In this document: positions 11,140 to 24,095 of the stretch, in pieces
Layout of the letters: each line of letters begins with the position of its first letter
Position numbering within the stretch: position 1 is the stretch's first letter
NCBI GenBank assembly: GCA_013239625.1
Contig: MU054001.1
Location: 5,195,078 to 5,259,077, forward strand
Direction of reading: 5' to 3'
From: Lama guanicoe
Taxonomy: Eukaryota
Length of the DNA: 64,000 nt
The notes under the pieces: generated by a model
The model's input: only the letters and a program-made list of their open reading frames with translations
The model's database searches: none
Told to the model about the DNA's origin: nothing
Program-made: the position numbers and the translations under genes

Positions 11140-11365
11140 GTTCCTTCACATGGTCTTTGCACATGCTGTTCCCTCTGCCTGGAATGCCCTTCCATGTTCT
11201 GACTACCTGAAGAACTCTCTGCTCAAGTTGTGCTCACTCCTCATGCTGAACTGAGGCTAGGGTCTGTGGGACTCCACAAGGGCAGAAATTATATAACTTA
11301 TTTTTGTCTGCACATTTGCACCAAGCACATTACTTAGTGCAGAGTAGGTATCCAATAAATATGTA
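11140..11365 (+). mobile_element. L2 relic
   Basis: GGTCTTTGCACATGCTGTTCCCTCTGCCTGGAATGCCCTTCC and GAGTAGGTATCCAATAAATATGT. Confidence 0.7.
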
Positions 11366-11849
11366 GAGAAAATTCTACTCTGTTGGAACTAAGAAAGTCA
11401 GAACATGCATTGTTGTGAATAAGTTTAGTCAAGCGATAAGGGCTAATTTTTTATTAAATATGCATTATGACTTAAAGAATACATGGCAAATATACAGTGC
11501 CCAAATCTTTCCTAATGCTGCCTGACATCCACAGGCAAAACAGAGAGAAGATATGAATAGGAATTTTGGGGGGAAAAAGAAAACTTAAGGAGCTTGGTCA
11601 TTTTGCAAAGGCTGGTCCAACAGGCTGAGCAATGTCTCTCCCAGGATGATTCTGAGTCCCACAAAGAGTCCCCAGAGGCATCTCAACTTCAACAGCCTTT
11701 GCCTCCCTTTCCTAACCAACCCAGACCAAGCTGGTGTAGGACAGAAGTTGTTAATATGAGACTCCAGCAGTTAGGAGGGACAGGTTCCAATTCCAGCCAC
11801 AAGTTCCCATGACAAGCAGTTTGGCCACCACTACATTACAGGGGAAGAG

Positions 11850-12295
11850 CTTGTACAAGGTTCTACATGATCTAGCCCTGGCCTACCTCTCTCCTCCCTC
11901 ATCCACAGTTTTCTAGCCACACTGCATTTCTTGGGAACTTTGCATATGAAATTGCCTTTGCCTGAAACATTCTGCCTCCAATTCTTCTTACAGTGGGCTC
12001 TTGCCATTTAGGTCTCAGTTCAAATGTCACCTCCACAGATAAGTCTTCCCTGACTGCCCTGACTATTACCTCTTCCTTTGATCTGTCTTATTTTCTTCCG
12101 AACACTTAGCATTTTGAACAGCATCTTATTTCTTTTCTTATTAACTTGTGCATTTGCATTCTCCCTACTTTACAAAATGAACTATGAGAACAGTAACCTT
12201 CTTTACTACTCGGTCCCTGATGCCAAGCAAGGTACCTGGCACATAGTAGGTGCTCAGTAAGGATTTATGGAATAAATGGGTGAGTAAATGAATGC
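11850..12295 (+). mobile_element. L2 3' end
   Basis: TCTCAGTTCAAATGTCACCTCC...ACCTGGCACATAGTAGGTGCTCAGTAAGGATTTATGGAATAAATG. Confidence 0.8.
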
Positions 12296-13234
12296 TTATC
12301 AATCTCCGCCTTCTGGAAGCCAGGCACAGTGTCTAGCGCAGAGTGAGGATGAGTATGGTTTGTTTTGTGGATGTGTGTATGGCTTAATGTAAAAGTAAAT
12401 GAATGGATTAAGGAATGAGTGAAGAAAACAAGGACTGAGTCTGAACAGTAAGTAAAGTATGTTTAGAAAATCCTGGCTGGCTCCATGTAATGCATTAATT
12501 AGTGTTGAAGATATTAATCCAGATTAATTCTTCGAAGTTGTTCTGCCTATTGGGCTACAGAAAGCCACCCTGGTTGGTATTTATGGGTAGTTTGGAGCTT
12601 TTGGAGATGCCTATTTGGGGTAAGGAGGAAAGGATGCCTGAGAACTTCTCCTCTCTAAACATTTAATGAGGCTTTTGGAACAGATCATCTGGAGAGGATA
12701 CTGCAGAGGTAAGGGCTAAGGTATAAAAATAGATGGATTTCCTTATTGAAATGACTCCCAGTCATATTTTCCCTGTGTGGCATAATGATTAAAAGTCATA
12801 AATTACCATTAACTGTGAAGTGTGCAGACAGTAAACCTATGAGTATCTCCTTTATCCCAGATCTGGGGCTCAGGAGCCCTCAGGGAAGGTTTGATGGTAG
12901 CAGGAGCCACATCAGGGAAGAACCTCAAAGGCCTTATGGTCCCCAGACACAGAGCAAATGAGCACAAAGCTCCTGGAATCTGCTCTCAAAAGGGAAAGCC
13001 CAGAGGAATGAGGGGCTGAGGATGCCTCAGCCTCAGATGAAGTCTTATCTCAGGTTTCACGGCTACTGTGTAGACTGTGTGTTGAGTGTGGAGGGCCCCC
13101 CCACCCCATCTTTAAGGCAGCAAAAAAATGTTTTCAGCCCAGTGGAAAGCTTTGGGGATCCCAGAGAAAGCAAAAATGCCTTTCCCGCCCCAATGGGGCC
13201 CCAGTGGGGCTTACAGTGATGAGTCCCAAACTAG

Positions 13235-13360
13235 GTGTTGAATCAGCATCTTCCTAGGATTTTAAAAATAGAAATTCCCAGGCCCTAGCCTGGACCAATG
13301 AGTCAGAATCTCTCAGGAAAGGGCTCAGGGAAGCTGTGTTTGTTAAAACTCCCTGAGTTC
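13235..13360. mobile_element. MER5-type MITE fragment
   Basis: TTAAAAATAGAAATTCCCAGGCCC...GAGTCAGAATCTCT. Confidence 0.55.
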
Positions 13361-13910
13361 CTTACTTGCTTTCTCTCCATCCTGAAAGTAGAAATGAACA
13401 AAAGGAATGGGGCAACTCTTCCCTGGCACCAAACCAGAGTGCAGACTTGTGATTCCTGAGAGAAGGGAAACACGCAGGAGGAAGAGACCTGTGTTTACCC
13501 CGGCTTTCTGACCTGGAGCACTTCTCAAAGTGAGGCAGAGGGAGGGGAAATCCAGGCAGATTCCAGTGGTCTGATTGAGCTGAGCAGAGGTTGGAGTTTG
13601 AGCTGCTGAAGTGGCTGGAATTTGTGAGGTAGGGCACTAGACAGGAGAGATGTGGAGACGAAAGACCCCAGAAGTCGGTGTGGGCATGTCCTGTGGGGTC
13701 TTGGGTGATGCCTGGGCTTGGAAAGTCCAGAGCAAGACTGGGTGAGGCCTAGCAGAGAACAGCTGCTAAGAGCCTCTGAGAACTAGATGGAAATGCCAGG
13801 GGCTCTGCAGGGCTGGGAGCTTCAGCTCAGCTGGGATGGAGAAGCCCTGGTGTGCCTCTCAGTTAGGTCTGCAGAGAGACCATACATTAGGGTAAGGACC
13901 ACACCCTAGA

Positions 13911-14121
13911 GTAGGGTTTCTCAAACTCTGCACTACTGACATTTAGAACACATAGGCCTTTGTTGTCAAAGGCTGTCCTGCGTACCGTAAGAAGTTTAGC
14001 AGCAATCCTGACCTCTACTCATTAGAGGACATTAACACCCACTCTCACTGGTGACAACTCAAAATGTCTCTAGACATTGCAAACTGCCCCCAGGGGGACA
14101 CCGTCGGTTGAGAACCACTGC
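13911..14121. mobile_element. MER20 (hAT-Charlie MITE)
   Basis: TTTCTCAAACTCTGCACTACTGACATTT...GTGACAACTCAAAATGTCTCTAGACATTGC...GGTTGAGAACCACTG. Confidence 0.85.
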
Positions 14122-14249
14122 CCGAGAGCCACATCTCATGACTAATGATGAAATTGAAATAGACAAAAAAACAAAACAAAGCCAAATAAGATCCAGAGGA
14201 TTTGCCAGTAATTTAAATGTCTGCAATAAGTCATAGCCTTTAAAGGAAA

Positions 14250-17200
14250 ACCTCCCTAGGGGTATCATCCACAATATATAGCACACAATAAAACATTACT
14301 AGGCAAGCAGAGCAGGAAAATATGACCTATAATCCAGAAAATAGTAATCAAACAGTTAACAATACTGTATTATAAATTTGAAAATTGCCAAGAGAGTAGG
14401 TCTTAAAAGTTTTTATCATGAGAAAAAAAAAGTTTGTAGCTATGTTAGGTGATGAGTGTTTACTAAACTTATTGCAGCAATCATTTTGATATATATATAT
14501 ATATATATAGATATAAAATCATGTTGTACATCTGAAACTTATACAATGTAATACATAAATTATATCTCAATAAAACTGGAAATAAAGGAAATTGGTGATC
14601 AATTAAAACAGACTTTTAAATGGCAGAGGTATTGAAATTAACAAAAGGACTCTAAATCAGTTATAAGTATGTTCACTCGAAAGAACAGATGGAAATAACA
14701 AGAAAATAAATGGAGAATTTCAGCATGGAAATGGAAACTATGAAAAATAATCAAATAGAAATTATAAAACTGAAAATTGCAGTATATGTCATGAAAAATT
14801 CCCTAGAAATAGATGAGAGTAACAACAGACTGGAAACTGCATAATAAAGGGTCATGAAACATAAAGCTAGATCAATAGAAATTATTCAATGTGAAGAACA
14901 GAGTAAAAAGAGTGTTTTAAAAGTGAACAACTGGAGATTCCTCAAAAAAACAAAAATAGACTTAACCATATGATGCAGCAATCCCACTCGTGGGCATATA
15001 TCCAGAGGGAACTCTAATTTGAAAAGACACCTGCACCCCAATGTTCATAATAGCACTATTTATAATAGCCAAGACATGGAAACCACCTAAATGTCTGCCA
15101 ACAGACAACTGAATAAAGAAGTTGTGGTATATTTATATGGTGGAATACTACTCAGCCATAAAAATAATAAAATAATGCTATTTACAGCAACATGGATGGA
15201 CATGGAGATTGTCATTCTAAGTGAAGTAAGGCAGAAAGACAAAGAAAAATACCATGTATCACTTATATGTGGAATCTTAAAAAAAAAAAGACAAACGAAC
15301 TTATTTACAAAACAGAAACAGACTCACAGACATAGAAAACAAACTCATGGTTACCAGCAGGGAAAGGGAGTGGGAAGGGATAAATCGGAAATTTGAGATT
15401 TGCAGATACTAACTACTATATATAAAATAGATAAACAACAAGTTTATGTTTTACAGTACAGGGAAATATATTCAATATCTTATAAATAATCTATAATGAA
15501 AAAGAATATGAAAACAATTATATGTATGTACATGTATTATGCTGTACACCAGAAATTGACATAAATTATAAACTGACTATACTTCAATTAAAAAAAAAAG
15601 TGAACAACTGCTACTTATACAGTTAATTGCTTTGAGACAAATGTGTCAAGATTATTCAATGGGGAGAGAAAGTCTTCTCAGCAAATTGTATTGAAACAAC
15701 TGGTTAGCAATATGGAAAAACAAGAACCCTGCACCACATATGAAAAATCAACTTGAGATGAACTATATTTAAACATAAAATCTAACACCTGAAAGAAGAC
15801 ATAAGAAAACATTTTTGGTAAGCTAAGGCTTCTTAAAAGGTACACAAACAGCAAACAACAATAATTATAAAGGGAAAAAATGATAAATTGGATGTCATCA
15901 AAATTAAAACCTTTTGATCCTCCTAAAATACCTTTAAATAAATAGTCAAAACACAGATTTGGAAAAAAAATTCTCAAAACATGTATTTCACAAAGGACTG
16001 GTTGGTATCCAAAATACAGAAAGAATACATATACCTTAATTATTTAAATTTTTTTAATAAGCAAAATATTTGAACAGACATTTCACAAAAGGAGATATGT
16101 AACTGGCTGATTAGCACATTAAAATGCTCATCATTGTTGATCATCAGGGAAATGAAAATTACAACCAGAATGTGTAAAAATACATAAGGCAGCTAAAATT
16201 TAAAAGACTAACAACACTCAGTGTTGGAAAACATGGTACAGTCAGGACTCTCACACACTGTTGGTAGGAATATAAAATAACACAACCACTTTGAAAAGTG
16301 TTCTGGCAGTTTCTTACAAAATTCAACAAAAGCTATGAGTGAATAATTCTATTCCTGGTTATTTACACAAGAGAAAGAAAAACATTTGTGCGCACACACT
16401 CAAACACACACACCTACAGACTTGCATAAGAAAGTTCACAGAAGCCTTATTCACAGTATCTAAAAACTGGAAAACAGCACAGGTATCCATTAATAGTGGA
16501 ATGGCTAAAAGTACTGTGACAGCTTCAACAATGGAATACTACACAGCGATAAACATGAACTAATTCTTGATATGTAGACAAACATGGATGACTCTCAAAC
16601 AGCTCAATCTAAGCAAAAATAGAAAAAAGTCTTACATAAACTCTATATACTATAGATTTTACTTATATGAAATTCTTCACACTGAAGGGAAATAGAAACA
16701 AACAGAAAATCAAATCTATTGTGATTACGGTGCAATGCAAAGGACCTAAGCACTAAAACAAATGTGAAAAAGAACAAAATTAGAGGACTCACACTACCCA
16801 ATTTGAAAAATTACTAAAACTACAGAAAAGACAGTGTGATATTGGCATCAGAATAGATAATGGAACAATGAATTGGGAGTTCAGAGATAGAGCTGCACAT
16901 CTATAGTTAATTGATGTTTCATAAAGGTATCAAAACAATTCAACGAGGGGAAAGAAAGACTCCAGCAAAGGGTACTGGAACCACAAGATAACTGTGTGGG
17001 AAAAATTTAACTTCAACACTACCTCATACCATACAAAAATTCAGTTTATGCTTGATCAAGGACATAAAGGTAAATGCCAAAACTCTAAAGCTCTCAGCTT
17101 CCAGAGGAAAACATATAAGAAGACCTTCATGGTCTTGAGGTAGGCAAAAATTTTTTGGAGAGGGCCTTAAAAGCACAAATGATAAAAAACCAATTGGCAA

Positions 17201-17650
17201 ATTGGACTTCATGAGAATTTAAAATATCTGTTTATCAAAAGACGTCATGCAGAGAAAGATACGGCAAACCACATGCTAGGAAAAGTTATTGGTATATCTG
17301 AAAAAGGACTTGCATTATAAACATTTATATTTTTTCCCCTAGAACTCAATAGTTAAAAGAAATATAACACTTCGAGGCTGACCAACACGCTCATGAAAAG
17401 GTGTGCAACACTATTTGTCATCAGGGAAATTCAAATGACATCTCTAATAAGATTCTACTCCACACCCACTAAAATGGATAACATTAAAAAACCTGTCATC
17501 ACGAGATACTGAAAACAATGTGAGACAATGGAAACTGTCATACTTTGCTGGTGGGTGTATCAAATTCACAAGATCTTTGGAAACTCCTTGGCAATTTCTT
17601 ATAAAATTACCTATATACCAGCTCTGTGACCCAGGAGTTCTACTCCAATG
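14250..17650 (+). mobile_element. Cluster of old L1M fragments (3' ends, ORF1 coiled-coil remnant, two ORF2 C-terminal remnants)
   Basis: A-rich degenerate L1 motifs, e.g. AACAATACTGTATTATAAATTTGAAAATTGCCAAGAGAGTAG, ATCATCAGGGAAATG, ACAATGGAATACTAC. Confidence 0.8.
14934..15595 (+). mobile_element. Young 5'-truncated L1 nested in an older L1
   Basis: ORF2 C-terminus (FTATWMDMEIVILSEVRQKDKEKYH), 3'UTR and poly-A; 15-bp TSD AAAAGTGAACAACTG at 14919-14933 and 15596-15610. Confidence 0.95.
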
Positions 17651-18717
17651 CTAGCCTCATTGCTGGGGGAGGAGGCAGTAAATAAAGAGGGAAAGGAATA
17701 AGGATGTAAGATCATTTCAGATTGTGAGCGTGCTCAGATAATGCTTTAATGTGCTCAGCAAGGTTGTGGTGGCAGTAGCGGCTGTTGTCATTTTTTTCAG
17801 TCTATGAGATCCTTGAAGGTGGAGATGGTTCTGAGTCATTCCCAGTCTTGAGCGGAGTGCCTGGAGACATTCAAAATGTATTTGATGGAATGACTGAGTT
17901 GGGAAGAGTGAATGAATTAAAGCAAGGAATGGAAACTGATGCACTCAGACCCACAATAAAAAGAAAGCAGTTAAGCCCCCAATTGTGAGATACAAGTGAT
18001 GTGAACAGGCACTTAGAGAAGGGAGATGGGCTGGAGAAGTCTGGGAAGGCTTCCTGGAGGAGGTAAACTCTGAACTGGTTCTCTAAAGGTTTGAAAGCTA
18101 ACAGGTGAACAAGAGGAGAACTGGACTGGGCTGGGGAAGATGCACATGAGGAGCAGACTGTGGCAAGAAGCCTGCTTGGAGCCATGTTGTGCTTCTGAGT
18201 TAGCAGTCATCCATGGGGATGGGTGATGTAGAAGGCTCGGCTGCTGACAGCCATGCATCAAGGGAGAGGCCTTCTAAGCCTGCTGCCAGGCACTCAGCCA
18301 GCTCACAACCTAGCAGCACTCCCTATAGCCATTCAGGTCTGTCTAGGTGGTGGTTTAAGGGTGTTTGTTCCTGCTATGCTCTCCTCCCCTGGCCCTGGTG
18401 GAGTGTCTGATCTATTTTCTGCAGTTTTCTGAACACCCTTAGCTGACCTCCCAGCAAACCGCTGATGGAGGGGCTTGTTCCATAGGTAATTTACAACTGC
18501 AAGAGGGGTAGGGAAGGAAGTGGGGCAGGACCAGAGCCAGCCTGAGCACTGACCTCAGATTTAAACTAGCTGCACTGATTTGTTGAATCCTGAACAAAAA
18601 TCTAATTTTTTTAAACTGAATCATCAATCTAACCCAGATGAATTTTTAGAAACATCAGTGAACCATTTCCAACTAGAAACTTAGATTTTCTTCCCCCCCA
18701 AAATTAATGACCTAGAG

Positions 18718-18908
18718 CAGTGGTCTTCAAACGCTAGTGAAGCTCAGATTCACCTGGAGGGTTCTTTAGACCACAGATGGCTGGGCTTCACCCCCAGAGT
18801 TTCCCATCCTGTTGGCCCAGGGTGAGGACTAATAACTTGCATTCCTAAGGAGTCCCCAAGTGGTGCTGATACTGCTGGGTCCAGGGATCACACTTGAGAA
18901 TCACTAAC
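18718..18908. mobile_element. MER5A MITE
   Basis: CAGTGGTCTTCAAAC...TCACCTGGAGGG...GGTGCTGATACTGCTGGGTCCAGGGATCACACTTGAGAATCACT. Confidence 0.85.
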
Positions 18909-19811
18909 CCAGAAACATCTAGGAGAATCAAAATATTCTGCAAGCCTCAACTGAAAAACAGCTCTGCGGGGTTCTTATTAAATCTCTGATTTAGAAGACG
19001 ACTATCACACGGACAACTATCAGTTATATTTCCTGCGTGGCTACTTCTAATGCTGTGATTCTCAGTCTTCTTGGTTGCTTAATATTTCCCTTGAAAATCT
19101 GATTTTAGAAGTGATGTGAGACATTTCCACGGCAAAATGCATGCACACAGGTACTCACAGAATTTTACCTGCACTTTGCTGGGGTTGAGTCCAGACCACG
19201 CCATTTCGGTTGGTTCCTGCTCATTCCTGGACCATAGTTGAAGAAAATCTGTGACCACAACCAGAGGCTGCTGCACCTGAGGTCAGGAGAAGGGTTTCAG
19301 TGCTCCTGGGCCAGCTGTGTGACTCTGAGCTAAACGCTTACCCTCTCTGGGACTATAAAATGAGGCTAATCAAAACTTTCGATTACCTCTGGAGAATGGG
19401 TCTTTCTTAGGAAGCTGGAGAACAGTTCTTCACCGTTCTTGACTGTCAAGTCAGTCTTTTTTATTGTGTCAGATTTTGGCCATGTGTAAATTAAAACACA
19501 AATACACCAGGCACTCTTATATTTTCATTTCTTGAATGTGTACACATGATCTTTTCCAAAAGATCCAAATCAATAGCCAATTAAAAGCCTCTAACACCTC
19601 TGTAGGATACATACAAATAATAATTTAAAAATCTGCAGCCATGTTAGTTTTTAGTTGCCACATTTGTGACAAGGAAATCACACTAAAATGGCAAAGAAAT
19701 CAAGCCATCTGAATGTGCTTTAAATATTAAACATGCGCCCTCCTCCCTGGGTTGTTTGAGAACTTCAAGTGGGACAATGTATAAGAAAGAACTTTGGAAA
19801 TGTGTCGTCTG

Positions 19812-20277
19812 CATACTCAGCCATAGAAAGTATAAAACAACGCCATTTGCAGCCACATGGATGGACCTGGAGATCGTCATTCTAAGGGAAGTAAGCCAGA
19901 AAGAGGAAGAAAAATACTGTATGATATCACTCATACGTGGAATCTGAAAAAGAAAAAGAAGACATAAATGAACTCATCTACAAAACAGAAACAGACTTAG
20001 ACAGAGTAAACAATCTTATGGTTACCAGAAGGAAAGAGGATGGGAAGGGATAAATTGGAAATTCAAGATTTGCAAATATTAACTACTATATATAAAAATA
20101 GATTAAAAAACAAATTTCTTCTGCATGGCACAGGGAATTATATTCAATATCTTGTAGTAACCTTTAATGAAACAGAATATGAAAACGAACATATGTATGT
20201 ATATGCATGCCTGGGACATTGTGCTGTACACCAGAAACTGACACATTGTAACTGACTATACTTCAGTTTTTTAAAAA
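19812..20277 (+). mobile_element. 5'-truncated L1 3' end
   Basis: [31 protein letters not shown] followed by 3'UTR ending GTAACTGACTATACTTCA. Confidence 0.92.
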
Positions 20278-20518
20278 GGTTATTTTTATGATATGGCCAT
20301 CATCATAATGCTTATGGGGTTTGAAACCCCTCCAAGGGCCTCCTAAAAGCTCTTTTCTGTCAGGAGCCAAAACCTGTTTTTCTTACACTCAACTCTTTTC
20401 AGGTGGGAGGCAGGTGGGAGGCACTTCTTGGAAAGAGGCTTAATTCCTTAACATCCAAATCCCAGTGTAAGTGTGTATGTGTGGTCTTTAATGCATGCTC
20501 CTCATTACCCATCCCCAA

Positions 20519-20520
<2 letters not shown>

Positions 20521-20565
<45 letters not shown>
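20521..20565. repeat. (GC)3(CA)~20 microsatellite
   Basis: Direct reading. Confidence 0.97.
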
Positions 20566-20567
<2 letters not shown>

Positions 20568-21019
20568 TGACACATGAAAGCTGTGAGCTGGCCTTTGCTT
20601 GGCCAGCAGGCCCTGCACCAGCCCAAGAACCTCTTGCTCTGTTTCCCCAAAGTTATCAGATCCAGAGTTTTCACAGTGAGCTCATCAATATGACCCCAAT
20701 GATCAGTCAATGACCACCCCACAAGCAGGGCAATTAGTGTTCACCTCACACAACAAGCAGGCTTTCATGAGCTCCAGGTCCCCTACCCTGAAGTTCTCAT
20801 CTCCTGCTGCAGTGGCATCCTCAGCCAAGCTTTCCTCACTAAGACCACTGGCCGTCCTCTCCTGACAGCGCCGAGGCAGGGCTGAGTCTGGAAGGTAGAT
20901 GGAGGTAGAGGGAGTGAGACAGCGGGTCCCCACTCTGCCTAACTCGTGAGCGGTAGGCATGTCCCTCCCCCTCTCTGGGACCTGGTGTCTTCATGTATCA
21001 AATATGAACAGGTGGATTA

Positions 21020-21190
21020 GACCAATGGTTCTAAGCCTTTAGGGGAGCCAGGAGCCCCTTTGAGAATCTAACGAAGCAATGGGATCCTTTCCCCCAGAAG
21101 AATACACGGAAACATTCATGCATAAATAATGCACATTTAATTTGAGGGGTTCATGAATCTAAGGCCCACCCATAAACCCCAGGATAGCCC
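21020..21190. mobile_element. Degenerate hAT-Charlie-type MITE
   Basis: CAATGGTTCTAAGCC...CCCCTTTGAGAATCT...GAGGGGTTCATG...CCCCAGG. Confidence 0.45.
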
Positions 21191-21449
21191 TGAGCTTCCT
21201 TCCGGCACTAACAGCCGCACAAGGTGGTGATGAATTCTCCTGTCTCTCCCTGTCCATCTCTCCCTTTCTTGCTATCTGTCCTTCAATGTGATCATATGGA
21301 TCAAAAGAGACAATGAATGGGCAATGGTCACTTGGATCAAAAGAGACAGAGAAACTCTTCCAAAACTGCCCAGTATGGTGCATATGTGAGGGGTGGTTGC
21401 TGTCAACCTGTAGTTGCTCTAATCCTCCTTGTTGACCCCATGGTGAGGA

Positions 21450-21670
21450 TAACCAGCATTTATTCAGCGCCTACTTAATGCCATGTGATATGCTAAGAGC
21501 TGTCCACGCATTATCTCATTTAGGTTTCAAAATAATCCCTCTGAGTTGGGTGATACTATTGCTCCCACTCTGCAGATGAGAAAATTGATGACAAAGAGTT
21601 GATTTACCTTGCCCAATATGACACAGTCAGTAACGTGGCAAAAAACAGATTCTGACTGAGATCAAATAGC
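21450..21670 (-). mobile_element. MIR
   Basis: AGCATTTATTCAGCGCCTAC...TTATCTCATTTA...GCAGATGAGAAAATTGA...CCTTGCCCAA. Confidence 0.8.
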
Positions 21671-22224
21671 CAGATAGTGGGATGGCCAGGTTGTCTGTCA
21701 CAGTGATGACTTTTATCCACTGGACTAAATATTATAAGTGAACCCTGGGCTGAAGAGAAGGGCATCTCCTCAAGGACAGACAGACGGACACACACAGACA
21801 ACACTGAAGAAGCAAGTTAGACCAGTATAGATGGGAGAGGCAGTCGGATCAGTCTGGGCTGGGATGCCTGGGGGGACTAGGCAAAGAAATTAATCAGGGG
21901 CACTTCCTGGAGGAGGTGAAAGCGGGCTAAGCTTGAACAAAAGGGAAAGATAAACAATAGTGAAAGTGTAGCCTTCTCGGCAGGACAAAGAGACCGGCAA
22001 GTGCAGAGAGGCAGAGAGAGCCTGGATCATTTTAGTGCAACAGACATTTAATAAGTACCCACTCTGTGCAGTCTGCTGCAGTGTGGGAGGCCCTGCGCTC
22101 CAGCTGCTCAGTCAGTGCCTGGTGAGGGCAATAAGGGGGGTGCAGTGATGGCAGTCCCTGGGACTCAGGCAGCCAAAGGGTTTCTAGAGAGCCATGGTCA
22201 TGGTGTAGCTGCCAAGATACCGCT

Positions 22225-22430
22225 TCAGTGTCAATAGGTCCTGGGTTCGAATCCCAGCTCTGTCACTTGCTGAATTTGTTAGTGAATCACTCCTACCTCT
22301 GTTTCTTCATCTGTAAAATGGGGATAATCATAGGATCTGCATGGAAGAGCTGTTGATAGTGTTAACTGAGATGATGCACCCAGAGACTTGGCCCAGTGCT
22401 GACCAAGAGTAAGCACTGAATGGTGGTGCT
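22225..22430 (+). mobile_element. MIR
   Basis: CCTGGGTTCGAATCCCAGCTCTGTCACTT...GTTTCTTCATCTGTAAAATGGGGATAATCATAG. Confidence 0.9.
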
Positions 22431-23199
22431 ACTACTGCTCTCACTGTTCCTAACTGTAACAAAGTTATTTGCATGATGCCTGGCACTCGTAGGGCACCTA
22501 AGTGCTGGTGTCCCTCCCCTTGAGTCTGCTCCCTGTGCCCATTTATTCAAGACAGAAAAAAAGTGTTTTAGAACATCAGAGAGAAAAAGTAAAGTTTCCC
22601 CTTGTTTCCCTTCAGGTGTTTGCAAGTGGTGTCCAGGAAGAGATCACATAATTCTTTAGAAGAGGAGTGATGTGCTAATAAACTACAGATTCTGAGACCT
22701 GGGTGCCCATCAATGACAGCCGGTAACTCTGACAGGTGAAATTGAACACTTAGAACATTTCACTTGATTCCTTTCAAACACACACAGAGAGACAGGCCCA
22801 CATCTTGGCTGTGTCCTTAATTGGTCACATTTGGAAGCATGCTGCGTACTTGTGACCTGGAGTTAATAAACAGCCAGTCAGAGCCCTCACCATATTGAAA
22901 AGCAGTTTACAGGAAGGAGATTTGCTGGGTGCCAACAATCATCGGCTGGGGTTTTAGAGCAAATTACCCATCCATCAATTTCTCTTCTCCTGGGAGCGAT
23001 TGTTTCAGGCCACGAGATCTTTGCTAGAAGTGAGATCAATACATAGAAATTCAAATTTACCCCGAAGTCACCTAAAACACAGCGTACCCCCCACTGGCCC
23101 CGTTTCCTTGCCCTCCCCTCACAAAGCCGGTCCCCCTCTTGCCTTGGCTGGCGCCAAGCTCTCGACTCAGCATCCTCTTTGCCTCCTCACTCACACCCC

Positions 23200-23900
23200 A
23201 CCTTTAATCAATCACCAAATCTGATGATTCTGCTTCGGAAGGGTCTCTCCACTCCTATTCCCACTGTCCTAGACCCTCGTCTGCGGTGCTAATGAGACAC
23301 GTGCCATTGTCTCCTAACTGCTCCCCCTGCCACCATTCTTACTCCCTTTCAAGCTATTCTCCATGTGGCTGCAAAGGAGATCTTTCTAAAATGCAAATTC
23401 AGTCCCATCACCCTCCTGGTTAAAACTTTCCAAAGGCTCCCTGTTAACTTCAGGATTAAATCTCAGCTTCAGATAATAGCAAGGAGGGAGCTTCAAGATC
23501 CCAAGACTGCCTACCTGCCCCCCTGCCCCCCACCTCCATGCTCCCTCCTTCCTGTAAGATGGTCAGTGCTTTAGCAAGACCAAAGGCCTTCAGAGACTTC
23601 TGGTTCTGCCCAGCTAGGCACCTGTTGCTTCCAAACCTGGAATGCTCTCCTTTTGTTGTTGGCCTGGAAATTTCATTTCTTCCCCATCTGTGAAGCTCAG
23701 CTCTGACATTACTATCTGTGTGAAGCCTTCTCCAGCCTCTCACAGAAACAGAGTGGATACACTCTCTTGTAACAATGGGGATGTATTTCAATTGTTGAAT
23801 GCATCTTACTGTATTTAAGTTTGCCTGTATTCAAGCTTATTGTCTATTTCAAACTGGGAACAAAGTGACCTCAAAGTCCTTGCATCTTTCTATCTCCACT
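23200..23900 (+). mobile_element. L2 relic
   Basis: GATCTTTCTAAAATGCAAATTCAGTCCCATCACCCTCCTGGTTAAAACTTTCCAAAGGCTCCC. Confidence 0.75.
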
Positions 23901-23904
23901 GCCA

Positions 23905-24095
23905 AGCTCCGTAGGTTTCACACGGGTCATTTCAACTTCACCATATTCATATTGGGTAGGTATATAATTCTTTCCATTTTACAGAGAAGGAAATTGAAGT
24001 TCAGAGACGTTCAGAAGCTTGTCCAAGAGCACACAGGCAGTAAGTGTCAGAGACATACCTGAACTCAGGTTGAAGTAACTCATAAGGGCTCAAGA
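23905..24095 (-). mobile_element. MIR
   Basis: CCATTTTACAGAGAAGGAAATTGAAGTTCAGAGACGTT...TTGTCCAAG. Confidence 0.8.

Noticed and set aside
10728..11210. 160-aa ORF
   Set aside because: Non-ATG start; runs through a (TG)n tract and an L2 relic; no recognisable domain.
21297..21348. 16-bp direct repeat TGGATCAAAAGAGACA with a ~20-bp spacer (CRISPR-like look)
   Set aside because: Only two copies in mammalian DNA; a simple local duplication.
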